Part shown: piece by piece, positions 18,565 to 28,404 of the stretch | Numbering within the stretch: the first letter of the stretch is position 1 | Layout: every line of letters starts with the position of its first letter | Source: Candidatus Latescibacterota bacterium | Lineage (GTDB): Bacteria > Latescibacterota > UBA2968 | DNA length: 64,000 nt | Assembly: GCA_965204745.1 (NCBI GenBank) | Contig: OZ242010.1 | Span: 2,912,001 to 2,976,000, forward strand | Direction of reading: 5' to 3' | Translations under genes and position numbers: made by a program | The notes under the pieces: generated by a model | Told to the model about the DNA's origin: nothing | Databases searched by the model: none | What the model saw: only the letters and a program-made list of their open reading frames with translations

Positions 18565-19559
18565 GGTTCTACTCCCAATACTCGTCGTAGCCTCGGGTTG
18601 TTTTGAACGCCCGGCGTACGCCCGCGTTTGGCAATGGGTTTGCCATCGACCTCTTTTAGATCCGCAGTAAAATCAATCGGCGACGCGCCGCTGATCGCGC
18701 TGCCCACGCCAAACCCGGCGATGGGGCATTGCAGTCGCACAAATTCCGAAATTCGCTCGGGCGTCAATCCGCCACTCACAAAAATGCCCACCTCGTCAAA
18801 TCCCGCGCCGTCCAATGCCTGTCGCACGCGCCAGACCAATGCGGGCGTTACCCCGCCCAATTCGGAGGGTGTATCCAAGCGCACGCCCCACAATCGGCCT
18901 TTCAATGCACGCGCCACGCGCACGCTCTCTTCGGCTTCGTCTAAAAACGTATCCACCAGCACAATGCGCGGCACGGAATCGGGCAGGTGGGCGTCAAACG
19001 CTCGGGCCGCGGTCACGGTATCGCCGCAAATCAACATCAAGGCGTGGGGCATCGTGCCGGACGCTTCCCTGCCAAACAGCGCGGCCCCGGCCGGCGTTGC
19101 AAAGCCATCGCATCCGCCAATGCCCGCGGCGTATTCCATGCGGTCTGAAACAGCGGGATGGACGTGCCGCGCGCCAAAGCTGATAATGGGAATCTCGCCC
19201 GCGGCTTCCACGCATGCCCGCGCTGCTGTGGCCCAACCGCTGCCGTGCGCGAGCGTGCCCAGCATCGCGGTTTCAAAAACGCCGATAGCGCGATACTTCG
19301 CTTGGAGGCGCAACACCACTTCCTTTCGCGTCATCGCGTCCCCGTCATCCAACGCCCAAACCGTTGCATCATCGGGCAGGACTTCGCGCAAATTCTCCAG
19401 CACCTCGCGGATGCCACACAACAGGCCATCGCCATTGGGAAATACCTCCATGATCACATCGGGATCGCGCCCTTCGGCTTTGAGCACCGCAAGGGTATTC
19501 AAAAAATACTGGTCAGCGCGAGCAGTGTCGAGAAATGGGATGGGTTGTTTGGTAGTCAT
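18561..19559 (-). CDS. Nicotinate phosphoribosyltransferase (type II PRTase)
   Basis: SFGARHVHP, SGTMPHAL, LVDTF, GVRLDTPSE, IFVSGG, FGVGSAIS, KPIAKRG. Confidence 0.85.
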   Translation of the reverse strand: MTTKQPIPFLDTARADQYFLNTLAVLKAEGRDPDVIMEVFPNGDGLLCGIREVLENLREVLPDDATVWALDDGDAMTRKEVVLRLQAKYRAIGVFETAMLGTLAHGSGWATAARACVEAAGEIPIISFGARHVHPAVSDRMEYAAGIGGCDGFATPAGAALFGREASGTMPHALMLICGDTVTAARAFDAHLPDSVPRIVLVDTFLDEAEESVRVARALKGRLWGVRLDTPSELGGVTPALVWRVRQALDGAGFDEVGIFVSGGLTPERISEFVRLQCPIAGFGVGSAISGASPIDFTADLKEVDGKPIAKRGRTPGVQNNPRLRRVLGVEP

Positions 19560-19599
19560 GGCAAATTGATGAATCTACGAATCGGTGGATACGCCTTAT

Positions 19600-19830
19600 T
19601 CAGTCCTCTTGTGCCTCTTGCCTCTCGCCTCTTCCTTTTGTGCCTTTGAACTGGCTGTCGCCAGTTGTACCCCGCTCGTGCCTTTGAACTGGCTGTCGCC
19701 AGTTGTACCCCGCTCGTGGCCTCTTGCCTCTCGCCTCTCGCCTCTTCCTTTTGTGCCTTTTGTGCCTTTTGTGGCCTCTTGCCTCTTGCCTCTCGCCTCT
19801 CGCCTCTCACCTCTTGCCTCTCACCTCTTT
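19600..19830. repeat. Composite array: GCCTCTY heptamers, 9-bp CCTTTTGTG units, two AACTGGC-TGTC-GCCAGTT palindromes
   Basis: Directly visible; palindromes at 19649-19666 and 19687-19704. Confidence 0.9.
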
Positions 19831-20646
19831 CATCGCATCCAAGAACGCCGATGGCACGGGCACGGTTCCAAGCACGGGGTTGCCGCGCTCATCGCCGTGG
19901 CAATCCGATCCGCCGGTGGGGAGCAAGCCATAGTGGTTTGCCATAGCTGAATACCGGCGCACAGCCTTGCGGTCGTGTTTGATGTGCATCACTTCTATGC
20001 CGTCCAAGCCCTGTTTGATCAGGTCGGGAATGATGGCATCGCGCCGATACAAAATCGGATGGGCCAAGCTGGCAAGGCCGCCCGCTGTGTGGATGATCTC
20101 GACCGCCTCACCGGGGGTCAGCGTGAACTTGGGTTGAAACGCGGGCCTGCCATAAGACAGATATTTTTGAAACGCTTGATCGTGCGAAAACACAATGCCT
20201 TCTTCCACCAGCACATCGGCGATGTGGGGCCGGCCAATCGCGGCATTGCCCGCCCGATGCAGTACTTGGGACATAGTGATCCGCACGCCCAAGCGGTTGA
20301 GCTTTTCCACGATCTTTTCCGCGCGTTTGAACCGCGTCTCCTGAAATTTTTGCAACCACGCGAGCAAGTCCGAATGATCGGGATCGACAAAATAGCCCAA
20401 GATGTGGACGTCTGCCCGCGCTTCTTGCGTGCTCAACTCGATGCCGGGAATCACTTCAATGCCGACCTCTCGTCCCACATCTTGTGCCTCGCGCACACCG
20501 GCAACCGAATCGTGATCGGTCAGGCTGATGGCCGACAATCCCACTTCCGCGGCGCGCTTGACGACCTGCGTCGGCGAGAACGAACCATCCGATTTGGTGG
20601 AGTGCAGGTGCAGGTCGATGTATGTGTTGGCGCGATGTGTTGGCAT
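19807..20646 (-). CDS. PHP-domain phosphoesterase
   Basis: DLHLHSTKSDG, LTDHD, GIELST, HILGY, GRPHIA, LAHP, GGSDCHG. Confidence 0.92.
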   Translation of the reverse strand: MPTHRANTYIDLHLHSTKSDGSFSPTQVVKRAAEVGLSAISLTDHDSVAGVREAQDVGREVGIEVIPGIELSTQEARADVHILGYFVDPDHSDLLAWLQKFQETRFKRAEKIVEKLNRLGVRITMSQVLHRAGNAAIGRPHIADVLVEEGIVFSHDQAFQKYLSYGRPAFQPKFTLTPGEAVEIIHTAGGLASLAHPILYRRDAIIPDLIKQGLDGIEVMHIKHDRKAVRRYSAMANHYGLLPTGGSDCHGDERGNPVLGTVPVPSAFLDAMKEVRGKR

Positions 20647-20676
20647 ATCTCTTTACCGCCTCGCCGATAAGCGCGA

Positions 20677-20775
20677 GGACAGGCACAAGGGCCTGTCCCT
20701 ACGGGTGATGGGCTGGGGGCTGATTGCTTTTCGCATCTTGCTATCTCCGGGCGGGCACGGGGGCACCGTCCCTAC
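20677..20775 (-). repeat. Two GTAG-type REP-like palindromes
   Basis: Reverse complements read GTAGGGACAGG..CCTGTCC and GTAGGGACGG..CCCGCCC. Confidence 0.7.
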
Positions 20776-20791
20776 AAGGTGTTGGGCGGGA

Positions 20792-20928
20792 TGCCTTCTC
20801 ACGTCTTGCCTCTGCCTTCTCACGTCTTGCCTCTGCCTTCTCACGTCTTGCCTCTGCCTTCTCACGTCTTGCCTCTGCCTTCTCACGTCTTGCCTCTGCC
20901 TTCTCACGTCTTGCCTCTGCCTTCTCAC
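20792..20928. repeat. 21-bp tandem repeat TGCCTTCTCACGTCTTGCCTC x6.5
   Basis: Perfect copies; flanked by 31-bp direct repeats at 20763-20793 and 20935-20965. Confidence 0.95.
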
Positions 20929-21000
20929 TTTTTTGCACCGCCCCTACAAGGTGTTGGGTGGGATGAGATTCGTCGGTCAGTTGTACCCCGCTCCGTTCGT

Positions 21001-21537
21001 CTATTTGTACGTCAATCCCAATGCTTGTTGCTTGCCTTCGCGTTGCAATTTTCGCAACTGACCGCGCACCAAATTGCGCTTGATCGCGTTGAAGTGTTCC
21101 ACGATGAGCACCCCGTTGAGATGGTCGATTTCGTGTTGGAGGACTTTGGCGACAATGCCATTCAGATCCATTTCAAATTTCCGTCCGTTCCCGTCGAGCG
21201 CGCGCACGCCAATCTGCGCGGGACGCCTGACATCGCCCACAATGCCCGGCAGGCTCAAACACCCTTCTTCGCCGATATGATCGCCTTCTGCCCATAGAAT
21301 TTCCGGGTTGATAAAAACCAGCGGTTCGGCTAGGGGATCGCGTGGTCGCACGTCCAGCACGAGAAGCCGCTCGGTAAAACCCACCTGTTGCGCCGCAAGC
21401 CCTACGCCTTCGGCAACGTACATGGTTGCAAACATATCTTCGATGAGGTGTTGCATCTCATCGGTTATATCGCGGACCGGGGTCGCCTTTTGCCGCAACA
21501 CGGGGCAACCAAATTTTTTGATTTCGAGTAAGGCCAT
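21001..21537 (-). CDS. def: Peptide deformylase
   Basis: GVGLAA, EGCLS, QHEIDHLNG. Confidence 0.96.
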   Translation of the reverse strand: MALLEIKKFGCPVLRQKATPVRDITDEMQHLIEDMFATMYVAEGVGLAAQQVGFTERLLVLDVRPRDPLAEPLVFINPEILWAEGDHIGEEGCLSLPGIVGDVRRPAQIGVRALDGNGRKFEMDLNGIVAKVLQHEIDHLNGVLIVEHFNAIKRNLVRGQLRKLQREGKQQALGLTYK

Positions 21538-21576
21538 AATTTTTACCTACGCCTCTTGCCTCTCCCGTCTCCCCTC

Positions 21577-22563
21577 TTACCGAAGGGGGTTGGGCGGGGG
21601 GCCGGAGACTGACCGCTCATTCAGGGGCGTCCAGCCGCGGCCGGGGTGGCGGATTCTTGCGTTGTCCCATTGCTTTCGCAGCGCGGCAAATGCCTCGGGG
21701 TCGCGCATTTCTCGGTGCGGGTTTTGCGTGTCTCGAATCACGAAATACGCCTCGCCCGGATGGCAGGCCATGGTCACGGGATCGCGTTCTGGCGCGTAAT
21801 CTTCGGGGACTTCGCCGATGTTGCTCGGCACGCTGAAATCCTGATAGCGCAAGTCCATGCTCCAGCGCACGATATCGGTCTCGTTTTCAAACGAGGCGTG
21901 CGGGGTCATGTTCGTCAGGAACAACACGGAGCCTGCCGACATTTCAATGGGGATCGCGCCAGCGGGCAAATTTTCCGGGGCGATTTCCAAAAAGCCCGCG
22001 TGCCCACCGGTGTAATGCCGAATAATCCCCTCGTCCTGCACCTTTGGAATCACCCACAAACACCCGTTCTCCAGCGTGGCATCCACCAGCGGGATCCAGC
22101 ACGTCACCATCAAATCGTCATAACAATGCGCCATCGAATAGCCCGCGTCCTGATGCCAGGGCACCTCGCCGCGCAAATACCCCGGCACCTTGGGGCGGAT
22201 GCGGTAGATCGACGCGGCGACGATATCCGGGCCAATCACGTCTTCGATACACGCGATCAAGGGGGGATGGCGCAGGGCGTGCAAAATCCCCGGCCCGTGA
22301 AACTTCCCGGACCAAATCGACTTCAACACCTCGTGCGCGGCATCTGCGTCGTACCGGTGGAGTTTGGTCAACCGCGTCTCGAATGGCTCGTCCGCAAAAT
22401 CGCGGTCCAACTCGCCCGCGCGGATCAGCGCGTCGCACGTTTCCTGTATCGCGGCTGTCAACCCGTCTTTCAAGGGTTGCAGGTCATCGGGGGTGTAGAG
22501 GGCTTCTTTGACGACATATCCCAATTCGTTGAATTGTCGAAGTTCTCCTGCTGTGAGACCCAT
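21577..22563 (-). CDS. Phytanoyl-CoA dioxygenase (PhyH) family Fe(II)/2OG oxygenase
   Basis: QFNELGYVV, PWHQD, WIPLVDATLENGCLWVIP, TPHAS, RWSMDLRY. Confidence 0.9.
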   Translation of the reverse strand: MGLTAGELRQFNELGYVVKEALYTPDDLQPLKDGLTAAIQETCDALIRAGELDRDFADEPFETRLTKLHRYDADAAHEVLKSIWSGKFHGPGILHALRHPPLIACIEDVIGPDIVAASIYRIRPKVPGYLRGEVPWHQDAGYSMAHCYDDLMVTCWIPLVDATLENGCLWVIPKVQDEGIIRHYTGGHAGFLEIAPENLPAGAIPIEMSAGSVLFLTNMTPHASFENETDIVRWSMDLRYQDFSVPSNIGEVPEDYAPERDPVTMACHPGEAYFVIRDTQNPHREMRDPEAFAALRKQWDNARIRHPGRGWTPLNERSVSGPPPNPLR

Positions 22564-22581
22564 GGGTTCCTCCTTTGGCGA

Positions 22582-23331
22582 TCACATCACCACGTTTTCC
22601 CGGTTGCCGACTGACGGGGGTTGCAGGATGCGCCGCTGTTGATCCGTCAGCTTGGGATAGGCTTCAGGATCGTAGTAATTTTGCGACCACGCCGAGTGCC
22701 CGGGGCTGAACTTGTACAGCAATGCACGCCGCTCCTGCGCCCCGTTCCAGGGCATGGTGCCGTGTACCAACGCCTCTGTGAAAATGAGCATATCCCCGGC
22801 TTCGACTTCGGGTTGGTGGACGTAGTGCGCCGCGCGTTCAAAGCCGCGAACCTCTGCGGGAATATCCGCGGCAAAATTGCTCTTGTGCGTGCCGGGAATG
22901 CAGGCAAACCCGCCATCGCCTTTGCGTGCCAGCGTGAGGTTGTACGTGAACACGGTCAACCCATTTCGCATGACGCCCGCGTGGTATTTGTACCAGTGAT
23001 CCCCCGGCGCATTGGATTGCATGGCTGGCCCACCGTGCAATCGCCCGCCGTGCGCGCCCTTTTTCATGAAAATGCAGTAGTCGTGATCCGCGCGAAATTT
23101 CGGCCCCAGCAATTCGATCATGTACGGCAGGGCGTTGGGGTGGTCGAACAATGCCTGCGCTTCCGGCCCCCACGCCGAAACGCGGCCCGTGCGCCTGTGC
23201 TCGTCGTCTCCAGTATCGGGCCAGACCGCGTCGGCCAACGTATTCAGCGCATCGACTTCGTCCGCGCTCAACACGTTTTTGACGACCAAAAAGCCCTGCA
23301 AGTCAAAGCGGAACTTTTCTTCGGGTGTCAT
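22582..23331 (-). CDS. PhyH-family Fe(II)/2OG enzyme (HxG variant)
   Basis: FDLQGFLVV, LHGG, GGFACIPGTHK, LVHGT, RRALL. Confidence 0.85.
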   Translation of the reverse strand: MTPEEKFRFDLQGFLVVKNVLSADEVDALNTLADAVWPDTGDDEHRRTGRVSAWGPEAQALFDHPNALPYMIELLGPKFRADHDYCIFMKKGAHGGRLHGGPAMQSNAPGDHWYKYHAGVMRNGLTVFTYNLTLARKGDGGFACIPGTHKSNFAADIPAEVRGFERAAHYVHQPEVEAGDMLIFTEALVHGTMPWNGAQERRALLYKFSPGHSAWSQNYYDPEAYPKLTDQQRRILQPPSVGNRENVVM

Positions 23332-23340
23332 GGATTCCTC

Positions 23341-23406
23341 CAGTGGTCAGTGGTCAGTGGTCAGTGGTCAGTGGTCAGTGGTCAGTGGTCAGTGGTCAGT
23401 GGTCAG
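23341..23406. repeat. 7-bp tandem repeat CAGTGGT x9.4
   Basis: Perfect array ending at the RBS of the 22582-23331 gene. Confidence 0.95.
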
Positions 23407-23611
23407 CCCCCAATCCACATCCCCCCTCGCAAAACCGATCAGCGTTCCCCCCTTCCTCGCAGGAAGGGGGGTTAGGGGGGTAGGTCCGAAAAAAGACAAG
23501 TACGCAATGGATTCAACTCTTAATTCGCATTGAAAGATGACCGCAAGGGCTGTGCGTGATGGCTTTGACCCCGTGCATCATGCGACAAAAAACCCGTCAC
23601 ATCACCCCTCG

Positions 23612-24532
23612 CTAAAACAATCGCTTGAAGTCCGCGCCGATGACATTGCCTGCCGCGTATCGGCTGCGGAATAGGGTTTGGCGCATGGGGGGCATGGTCG
23701 AGAGCAACGCGGGATCGGGTTTCAACTCGGGTGCCCATCCGCCATCCACCTGATTGAACAAATGCGCGACCGCGATGCGGTCGTTGTCTTCATTGGTCCA
23801 CGGATGCGCGCTGTGCGTGGTGGCTTCGGCGAAGAACAAGACCGATCCGGGTGGGCATTCGTACGTGGTCCAAATGTCCGAATCCGGGTCTTGAACCTCG
23901 TCTGGCGCGGTATAGACCGACTTGTGGCTGCCCGTGATCAACAGGGTGCCGCCCCGTTTGTGTTTCACGGGGTTGAGTTCCCACACCACGCGCAGGTGCG
24001 GGCAAAAGCTCTTGCCGGGAAAGGCGTTGTAGAAATGCACGTCCCCCGGCAGGCGAAACAGGCCATTGCCATTGTGCGGGACAAAGGCGCGCGATTCCCG
24101 TTTGTCCCGATTGCGCCTGCCCGGCGCGGTGCGATACCACAGGCCGCAACCGCCCAAACTGAAGCCGTAACACTCCTGGCTGGAAAGGGCGGGATTGGCC
24201 GTAAATTCATTCAGCATCCCGACGACGACCGGATGGTCGACCAACCGCTGCGTGGGCCCGGCAAGGGGGGTGCGCTCATGCGCGGGCAGGGACTCTGGCT
24301 CGAAATGCAGTCGCAGACACCACGCCCGCATCTCGTCGATTTCCGCCGCGCTCAACACCTCGGGGATCAGCGACCAACCGCATGTGTCAAACGCGTACTT
24401 CTGTTCCTCTGTCGGCGGCACAACCGGCGCGCCATCGGCGTTCTGTTGCGGCAACTCGTGTGCGTAAGGCGCCATGGGCTGCCCCATGTTTTTGTTGATG
24501 ATATAGGGCTCGCCCCGTCCATTGTTCGCCAT
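23612..24532 (-). CDS. PhyH-family Fe(II)/2OG enzyme (HxG variant)
   Basis: KYAFDTCGW, PHNGNG, GGTLLITGSHK, TTHSAHPW. Confidence 0.8.
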   Translation of the reverse strand: MANNGRGEPYIINKNMGQPMAPYAHELPQQNADGAPVVPPTEEQKYAFDTCGWSLIPEVLSAAEIDEMRAWCLRLHFEPESLPAHERTPLAGPTQRLVDHPVVVGMLNEFTANPALSSQECYGFSLGGCGLWYRTAPGRRNRDKRESRAFVPHNGNGLFRLPGDVHFYNAFPGKSFCPHLRVVWELNPVKHKRGGTLLITGSHKSVYTAPDEVQDPDSDIWTTYECPPGSVLFFAEATTHSAHPWTNEDNDRIAVAHLFNQVDGGWAPELKPDPALLSTMPPMRQTLFRSRYAAGNVIGADFKRLF

Positions 24533-24550
24533 TTCTCGCTCCTATGCAAT

Positions 24551-25471
24551 TCACTCGGTTTCGACGTAAGGCATTATCCGCGCATGAAACGCGCCGTTTT
24601 CCACATTGTTCGATGCTTTGACCTCTCGAAACAGGGATTGCCGCTTGGGGTGCATGGAAGCCAACAAGTCCGGATGCGGCAACCACGAATGCCAGCGGGT
24701 TGCCACCGCGTTGTACAGGTTGAACACCGCCAACCGGTTGTCGTCCTCATTCGTCCACGGATGCGCGCTGTGCGAAATCGCTTCGGTGAAGAAAATCACG
24801 GATCCCGCGTCGCATTCGTACGTGTCCCAAATAGGCGAATCCACCTCAAAAGCCGAGGCCGGTGCCGGATACGCTGCTTTGTGGCTGCCCGAAATGAACA
24901 GGGTGCCGCCCTGCCGGTATTTTACGGGATTCAATTCCCACGCCGCGCGCGTCAACCCGCTCCACGCCTTGCCCGGCACACAGCGATAATAATGCGAATC
25001 CCACGGCGGGCGAAACAGGCCATTGCCATTGTGCGGACTGAATTTGCCCGGCACGTATTCATGCGCGGAGCGATACATCAAGTGCGAGGTTTCCAAGCGA
25101 AAGCCATAACTCTCTTCGCTCGCGCACGGCGGATAGGCCAAAAACTCGTTCAAAAAGCCCACCACGACGGGATGATCCATCAGCTTTTGCAGAGGGCCGC
25201 TCAGGGTGCAACGCTCGGCTTCGGAAAACCCCTCGGGATCGCGGTGCAATCGTTCAGCGTACTCCTGCATTTCCGTCAATTCATCCCCTTTGATTACGCC
25301 CGGGACCAACAACCACCCATTGCGATCAAAGTCGTACTTCTGCTTTTGCGTCAACGGCACGACCGGCGCGCCATCGGCAGTTGTGGCGGTCAAATCCCCG
25401 GCCTGTGTGAGTTGCACGCTGCCCAGATTTTTGTTGATCACAAAGGGGGTTGCGTTCACGATTTGTTTCAT
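24551..25471 (-). CDS. PhyH-family Fe(II)/2OG enzyme (HxG variant), paralog of 23612-24532
   Basis: KYDFDRNGW, PHNGNG, GGTLFISGSHK, ISHSAHPW; AAGGA RBS before ATG 25471. Confidence 0.8.
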   Translation of the reverse strand: MKQIVNATPFVINKNLGSVQLTQAGDLTATTADGAPVVPLTQKQKYDFDRNGWLLVPGVIKGDELTEMQEYAERLHRDPEGFSEAERCTLSGPLQKLMDHPVVVGFLNEFLAYPPCASEESYGFRLETSHLMYRSAHEYVPGKFSPHNGNGLFRPPWDSHYYRCVPGKAWSGLTRAAWELNPVKYRQGGTLFISGSHKAAYPAPASAFEVDSPIWDTYECDAGSVIFFTEAISHSAHPWTNEDDNRLAVFNLYNAVATRWHSWLPHPDLLASMHPKRQSLFREVKASNNVENGAFHARIMPYVETE

Positions 25472-25484
25472 CTGAGATTCCTTT

Positions 25485-26951
25485 CTACGGTTGAGACAGG
25501 CGGTGAAGTGGGATATAGGGCGTCTCGAGTTCATTGACCATAAATCCCTCGCGCTTGTTCTTATCTCGCAATGCGGTCAGTGTCAAGCTGTTGCCCTTGC
25601 GCTTTGTGCTGTTGCACGGCGCGCAGAGCAGGGCGCGGTTATACACGCTGTTCGCACCGCCATCTGAGCGCGGGCGAATATGGTCGAGTTGCAAATAATC
25701 GGGATGGCGAAACTCCGCGCCACATCCCCAGCATACAACGCCTGTCAGATGCCCCAACTGCTTGCTCGTCTCCTCGATGAGATAGGTTTTCTTCCGGTCA
25801 TTCGTCCACTTCGCGCTCTCGTCCTCGTTGCCCAAGGGTTGCTTGCGCTTGCCCTTGATACGCAAGGGCGGTACGGCTACATGCTTGTCATCCGTGCGCG
25901 TGATAGGCTTGTCGATCAGATGGACATCATATTCAGAAAACCAAAAGTCAGTTTGGCTATCGACCTCCATGTGCTTGGCGAGGTCTTTCAAAGACCTCTT
26001 GGATTGCCGACTGCCGGGGTTGAGTCCGTTCTGATACAAACGCACCAACACTTGCTCATGTGCTTCCTCCCAAATGTCAGAACCAATCCATTGTCGTCCA
26101 AGTTTTTCTGCGGCGACACACGTTGTCGCACATCCGCAGAATGGATCGAAAACAACATCGCCAGGGTTACTGCTGGCTTTGATGATGCGCTCCGACAAGG
26201 CCACGGGCTTCTGTGTGGGATAGCCAGTGCGCTCTCGGGCAATACGTCCCACGGGAGAAAAATCAGGCCACCATGTTTCAGGGACTTTGCCCTTTGCGAG
26301 GTATTGGTCACGATCATCGGGGAGCAATGCTTTGGTGATCATCGCTCCTTTTCTGTTTGTATTGAGTTGTTTGTGTGGAATGCGAACTCTATCTCTGTTG
26401 AAAGTCCATTTCTCCCCTTTTGTGTACCAAAAAAGCGTGTCATGTTTGCGATTAAATTGGCGCATGTTGGGAGACCCCGGTCCTGTGTAACACCACACAA
26501 TCTCATTGCGAAAGTTCTTCTTTTCAAAGATAGCATCCAGCATAGCCTTAATATAGTGGCTTGCTGTGGGATCGCAATGCAGATACAGGCTCCCATCGTC
26601 TCGCAGTATCCTGTGCATCTCGATTATTCGGACGCCCAGCCAACACAGGAACGCCGCCATGTCTTGCCCATAAGCCATCTCTGCGGCTTCGATCACAAAC
26701 CACACCGCCGGATAGTCGTCTTGAATCTGATCCTTCCATTTTGGATGGACGTCATCATCCCACGACCACCTGTCTTGAAACCTTGCACCAGACGCCAAGC
26801 TACCGGGCGTGGCATGAAAATCCCGCCCTTTGTTGAAGGGCGGGTCTGTGGCGACGAGATGAACGCTGTTGCTGTTCAGCCCGCGCATGAAGTCCAAGTT
26901 GTCACCATGATATAGCGTCCGATTGGGGACGTTCAAGATGCCTTGCGGCAT
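25485..26951 (-). CDS. N6A/N4C DNA methyltransferase (beta class) fused to C-terminal HNH endonuclease
   Basis: GDNL, DPPF, YPTQKP, FDPFCGCATT; CWGCG..LDHIRPRSDGG..N..LCAPCNSTK; AAAGGAG RBS. Confidence 0.9.
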   Translation of the reverse strand: MPQGILNVPNRTLYHGDNLDFMRGLNSNSVHLVATDPPFNKGRDFHATPGSLASGARFQDRWSWDDDVHPKWKDQIQDDYPAVWFVIEAAEMAYGQDMAAFLCWLGVRIIEMHRILRDDGSLYLHCDPTASHYIKAMLDAIFEKKNFRNEIVWCYTGPGSPNMRQFNRKHDTLFWYTKGEKWTFNRDRVRIPHKQLNTNRKGAMITKALLPDDRDQYLAKGKVPETWWPDFSPVGRIARERTGYPTQKPVALSERIIKASSNPGDVVFDPFCGCATTCVAAEKLGRQWIGSDIWEEAHEQVLVRLYQNGLNPGSRQSKRSLKDLAKHMEVDSQTDFWFSEYDVHLIDKPITRTDDKHVAVPPLRIKGKRKQPLGNEDESAKWTNDRKKTYLIEETSKQLGHLTGVVCWGCGAEFRHPDYLQLDHIRPRSDGGANSVYNRALLCAPCNSTKRKGNSLTLTALRDKNKREGFMVNELETPYIPLHRLSQP

Positions 26952-27070
26952 GATGTTGCTCCTTTCAGCGTTATTGACTGATGTTACGCACAAATCAACA
27001 TATGCCTCGCTTGCTTGTTTAATGCGTTTGGTTCTAGAGCATCGTTGGTTGCTTTCGATGCCTTCGGCGA

Positions 27071-27102
27071 CTTACTTTTTTTCAACAGCAAAAAAAAGTA
27101 AG
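27071..27102. repeat. AT-rich palindrome CTTAC(T)7-CAACAGC-(A)8GTAAG
   Basis: Inverted repeat with 12-bp arms. Confidence 0.75.
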
Positions 27103-27320
27103 CAAAAAATGCCGCTCTCAAACGCCGAGAGGCTTGCACAGCGCAAATCGCTTTTGTAATCGCACAATATGCGTCAGCCTGCAAGGTGGGTTGCATAATG
27201 GATGTGGGTTGCGAGACGGACTTGCGCGCTGTGCCTGATGGCTTGATCGGATGGTGTTTTGCGAAGTACTTTGTGCGATGGTTTGTTTCATGTACTGCGG
27301 AACTTCAGTGAGATAATCCA

Positions 27321-28391
27321 TCAACTAAGCCTCTGGTAGAGTTCGGCATTCTTCTCGAGCAAATATTCGCAGATTTCTACAAATCTCATATCCCGGAACA
27401 CGCCATTTTGAAAAAAGTCAATCACGTCACCTTTTACTACACAATATGACCCAGTGCCACCCGGTCTAAATCCCAGATGGTTGCCAATCACAATGCGTAT
27501 GATCTCGGGAATGATGGCGGCAACGATGTTGGCTGTGTAGTTTCCGGACTGCTCAGCGTTAAGTTTTAGATCTGGGATCCGCCCCGCGTGCGTTAGGACA
27601 TTACGCGCCTTGTTGACATGTCGCACCCGAGTCTTTTGATCGGGAGTTGGAGGCGTATCTATAATCTCAAGCGATTGCAGGAGCGAAATCAATTTGTCCG
27701 CTAAACTGAAAGATAAAGTTGGGCCGTCATTAACTTGACTATGTAGCATACGCTTATACCGTTCCGCTTGATCCGACTGGAGTTCCGTTTTGAGTTTTTT
27801 GCGGGTGCGCTTGTCGACCTTCTGGTAGGTCGTATGATGCTGGTCGAGAATGATGTTGAGGGCCGTGCAGTACAAAGCGGCGCGAGATTGCAACGGGGCG
27901 GCGTTCATTGCCTTGTTGTATAAGAGCAGAGCGCGGTGCAAATTGTTGGGTACTAAGTTCGCCCTATTCTGCCATGCAAGTGCTGTTACGCGCAAGGTCT
28001 CACTTAGAGCTACGGCGTAGTCGCCATATCCATGGGGGGAAAACCTTTCGCGGTACTCTGCGGTTGCGACATGTCTGCCCGTCAAAAAAGTGAGCAGATG
28101 GCACAAATCCCATTGCCCGCCATCGTCGGCTGTTTCGTTGAGAAGAATACTCTTTTCTTCGGGGCCGTCCCACGACATCGTTGCCGTGGCTTGCCAAGTG
28201 CCTTTGCGTTCCGGCAAAGTTTGCAGTCCGGCCTCGCTGATGATCTGTCTTAGAGGTTGAAACAATTTAGAAACCTTGACGTCGTAATCGTCTGCGAGAC
28301 GCACGCTCAGGCAACCGATTTCGCGTTCTGACCATGAGGGGCCGGGCCGCGATTCGCCCATGTAGAGATTGAAAAGATCGAGCGTTTTCAT
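27321..28391 (-). CDS. Hypothetical protein with C-terminal HEPN RxxxxH motif (ApeA-like architecture)
   Basis: ARNVLTHAG; helical LYCTALNII segment; lower GC. Confidence 0.6.
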   Translation of the reverse strand: MKTLDLFNLYMGESRPGPSWSEREIGCLSVRLADDYDVKVSKLFQPLRQIISEAGLQTLPERKGTWQATATMSWDGPEEKSILLNETADDGGQWDLCHLLTFLTGRHVATAEYRERFSPHGYGDYAVALSETLRVTALAWQNRANLVPNNLHRALLLYNKAMNAAPLQSRAALYCTALNIILDQHHTTYQKVDKRTRKKLKTELQSDQAERYKRMLHSQVNDGPTLSFSLADKLISLLQSLEIIDTPPTPDQKTRVRHVNKARNVLTHAGRIPDLKLNAEQSGNYTANIVAAIIPEIIRIVIGNHLGFRPGGTGSYCVVKGDVIDFFQNGVFRDMRFVEICEYLLEKNAELYQRLS

Positions 28392-28404
28392 CGCGTTTTT
28401 CCTT

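Noticed and set aside
18319-19559. MoaD/MoaE as a ubiquitin-like defence conjugation system with the ATPase-PIN pair
   Set aside because: Canonical molybdopterin synthase subunits with host-like composition; no E1, E2 or JAB genes.
19556-19950. Short ORFs with LLPLAS, VVSCQL or RRQRQDV periodicity (also 20653-20966, 49207-49556, 60825-61043)
   Set aside because: Translations of heptamer arrays with no RBS or protein-like content.
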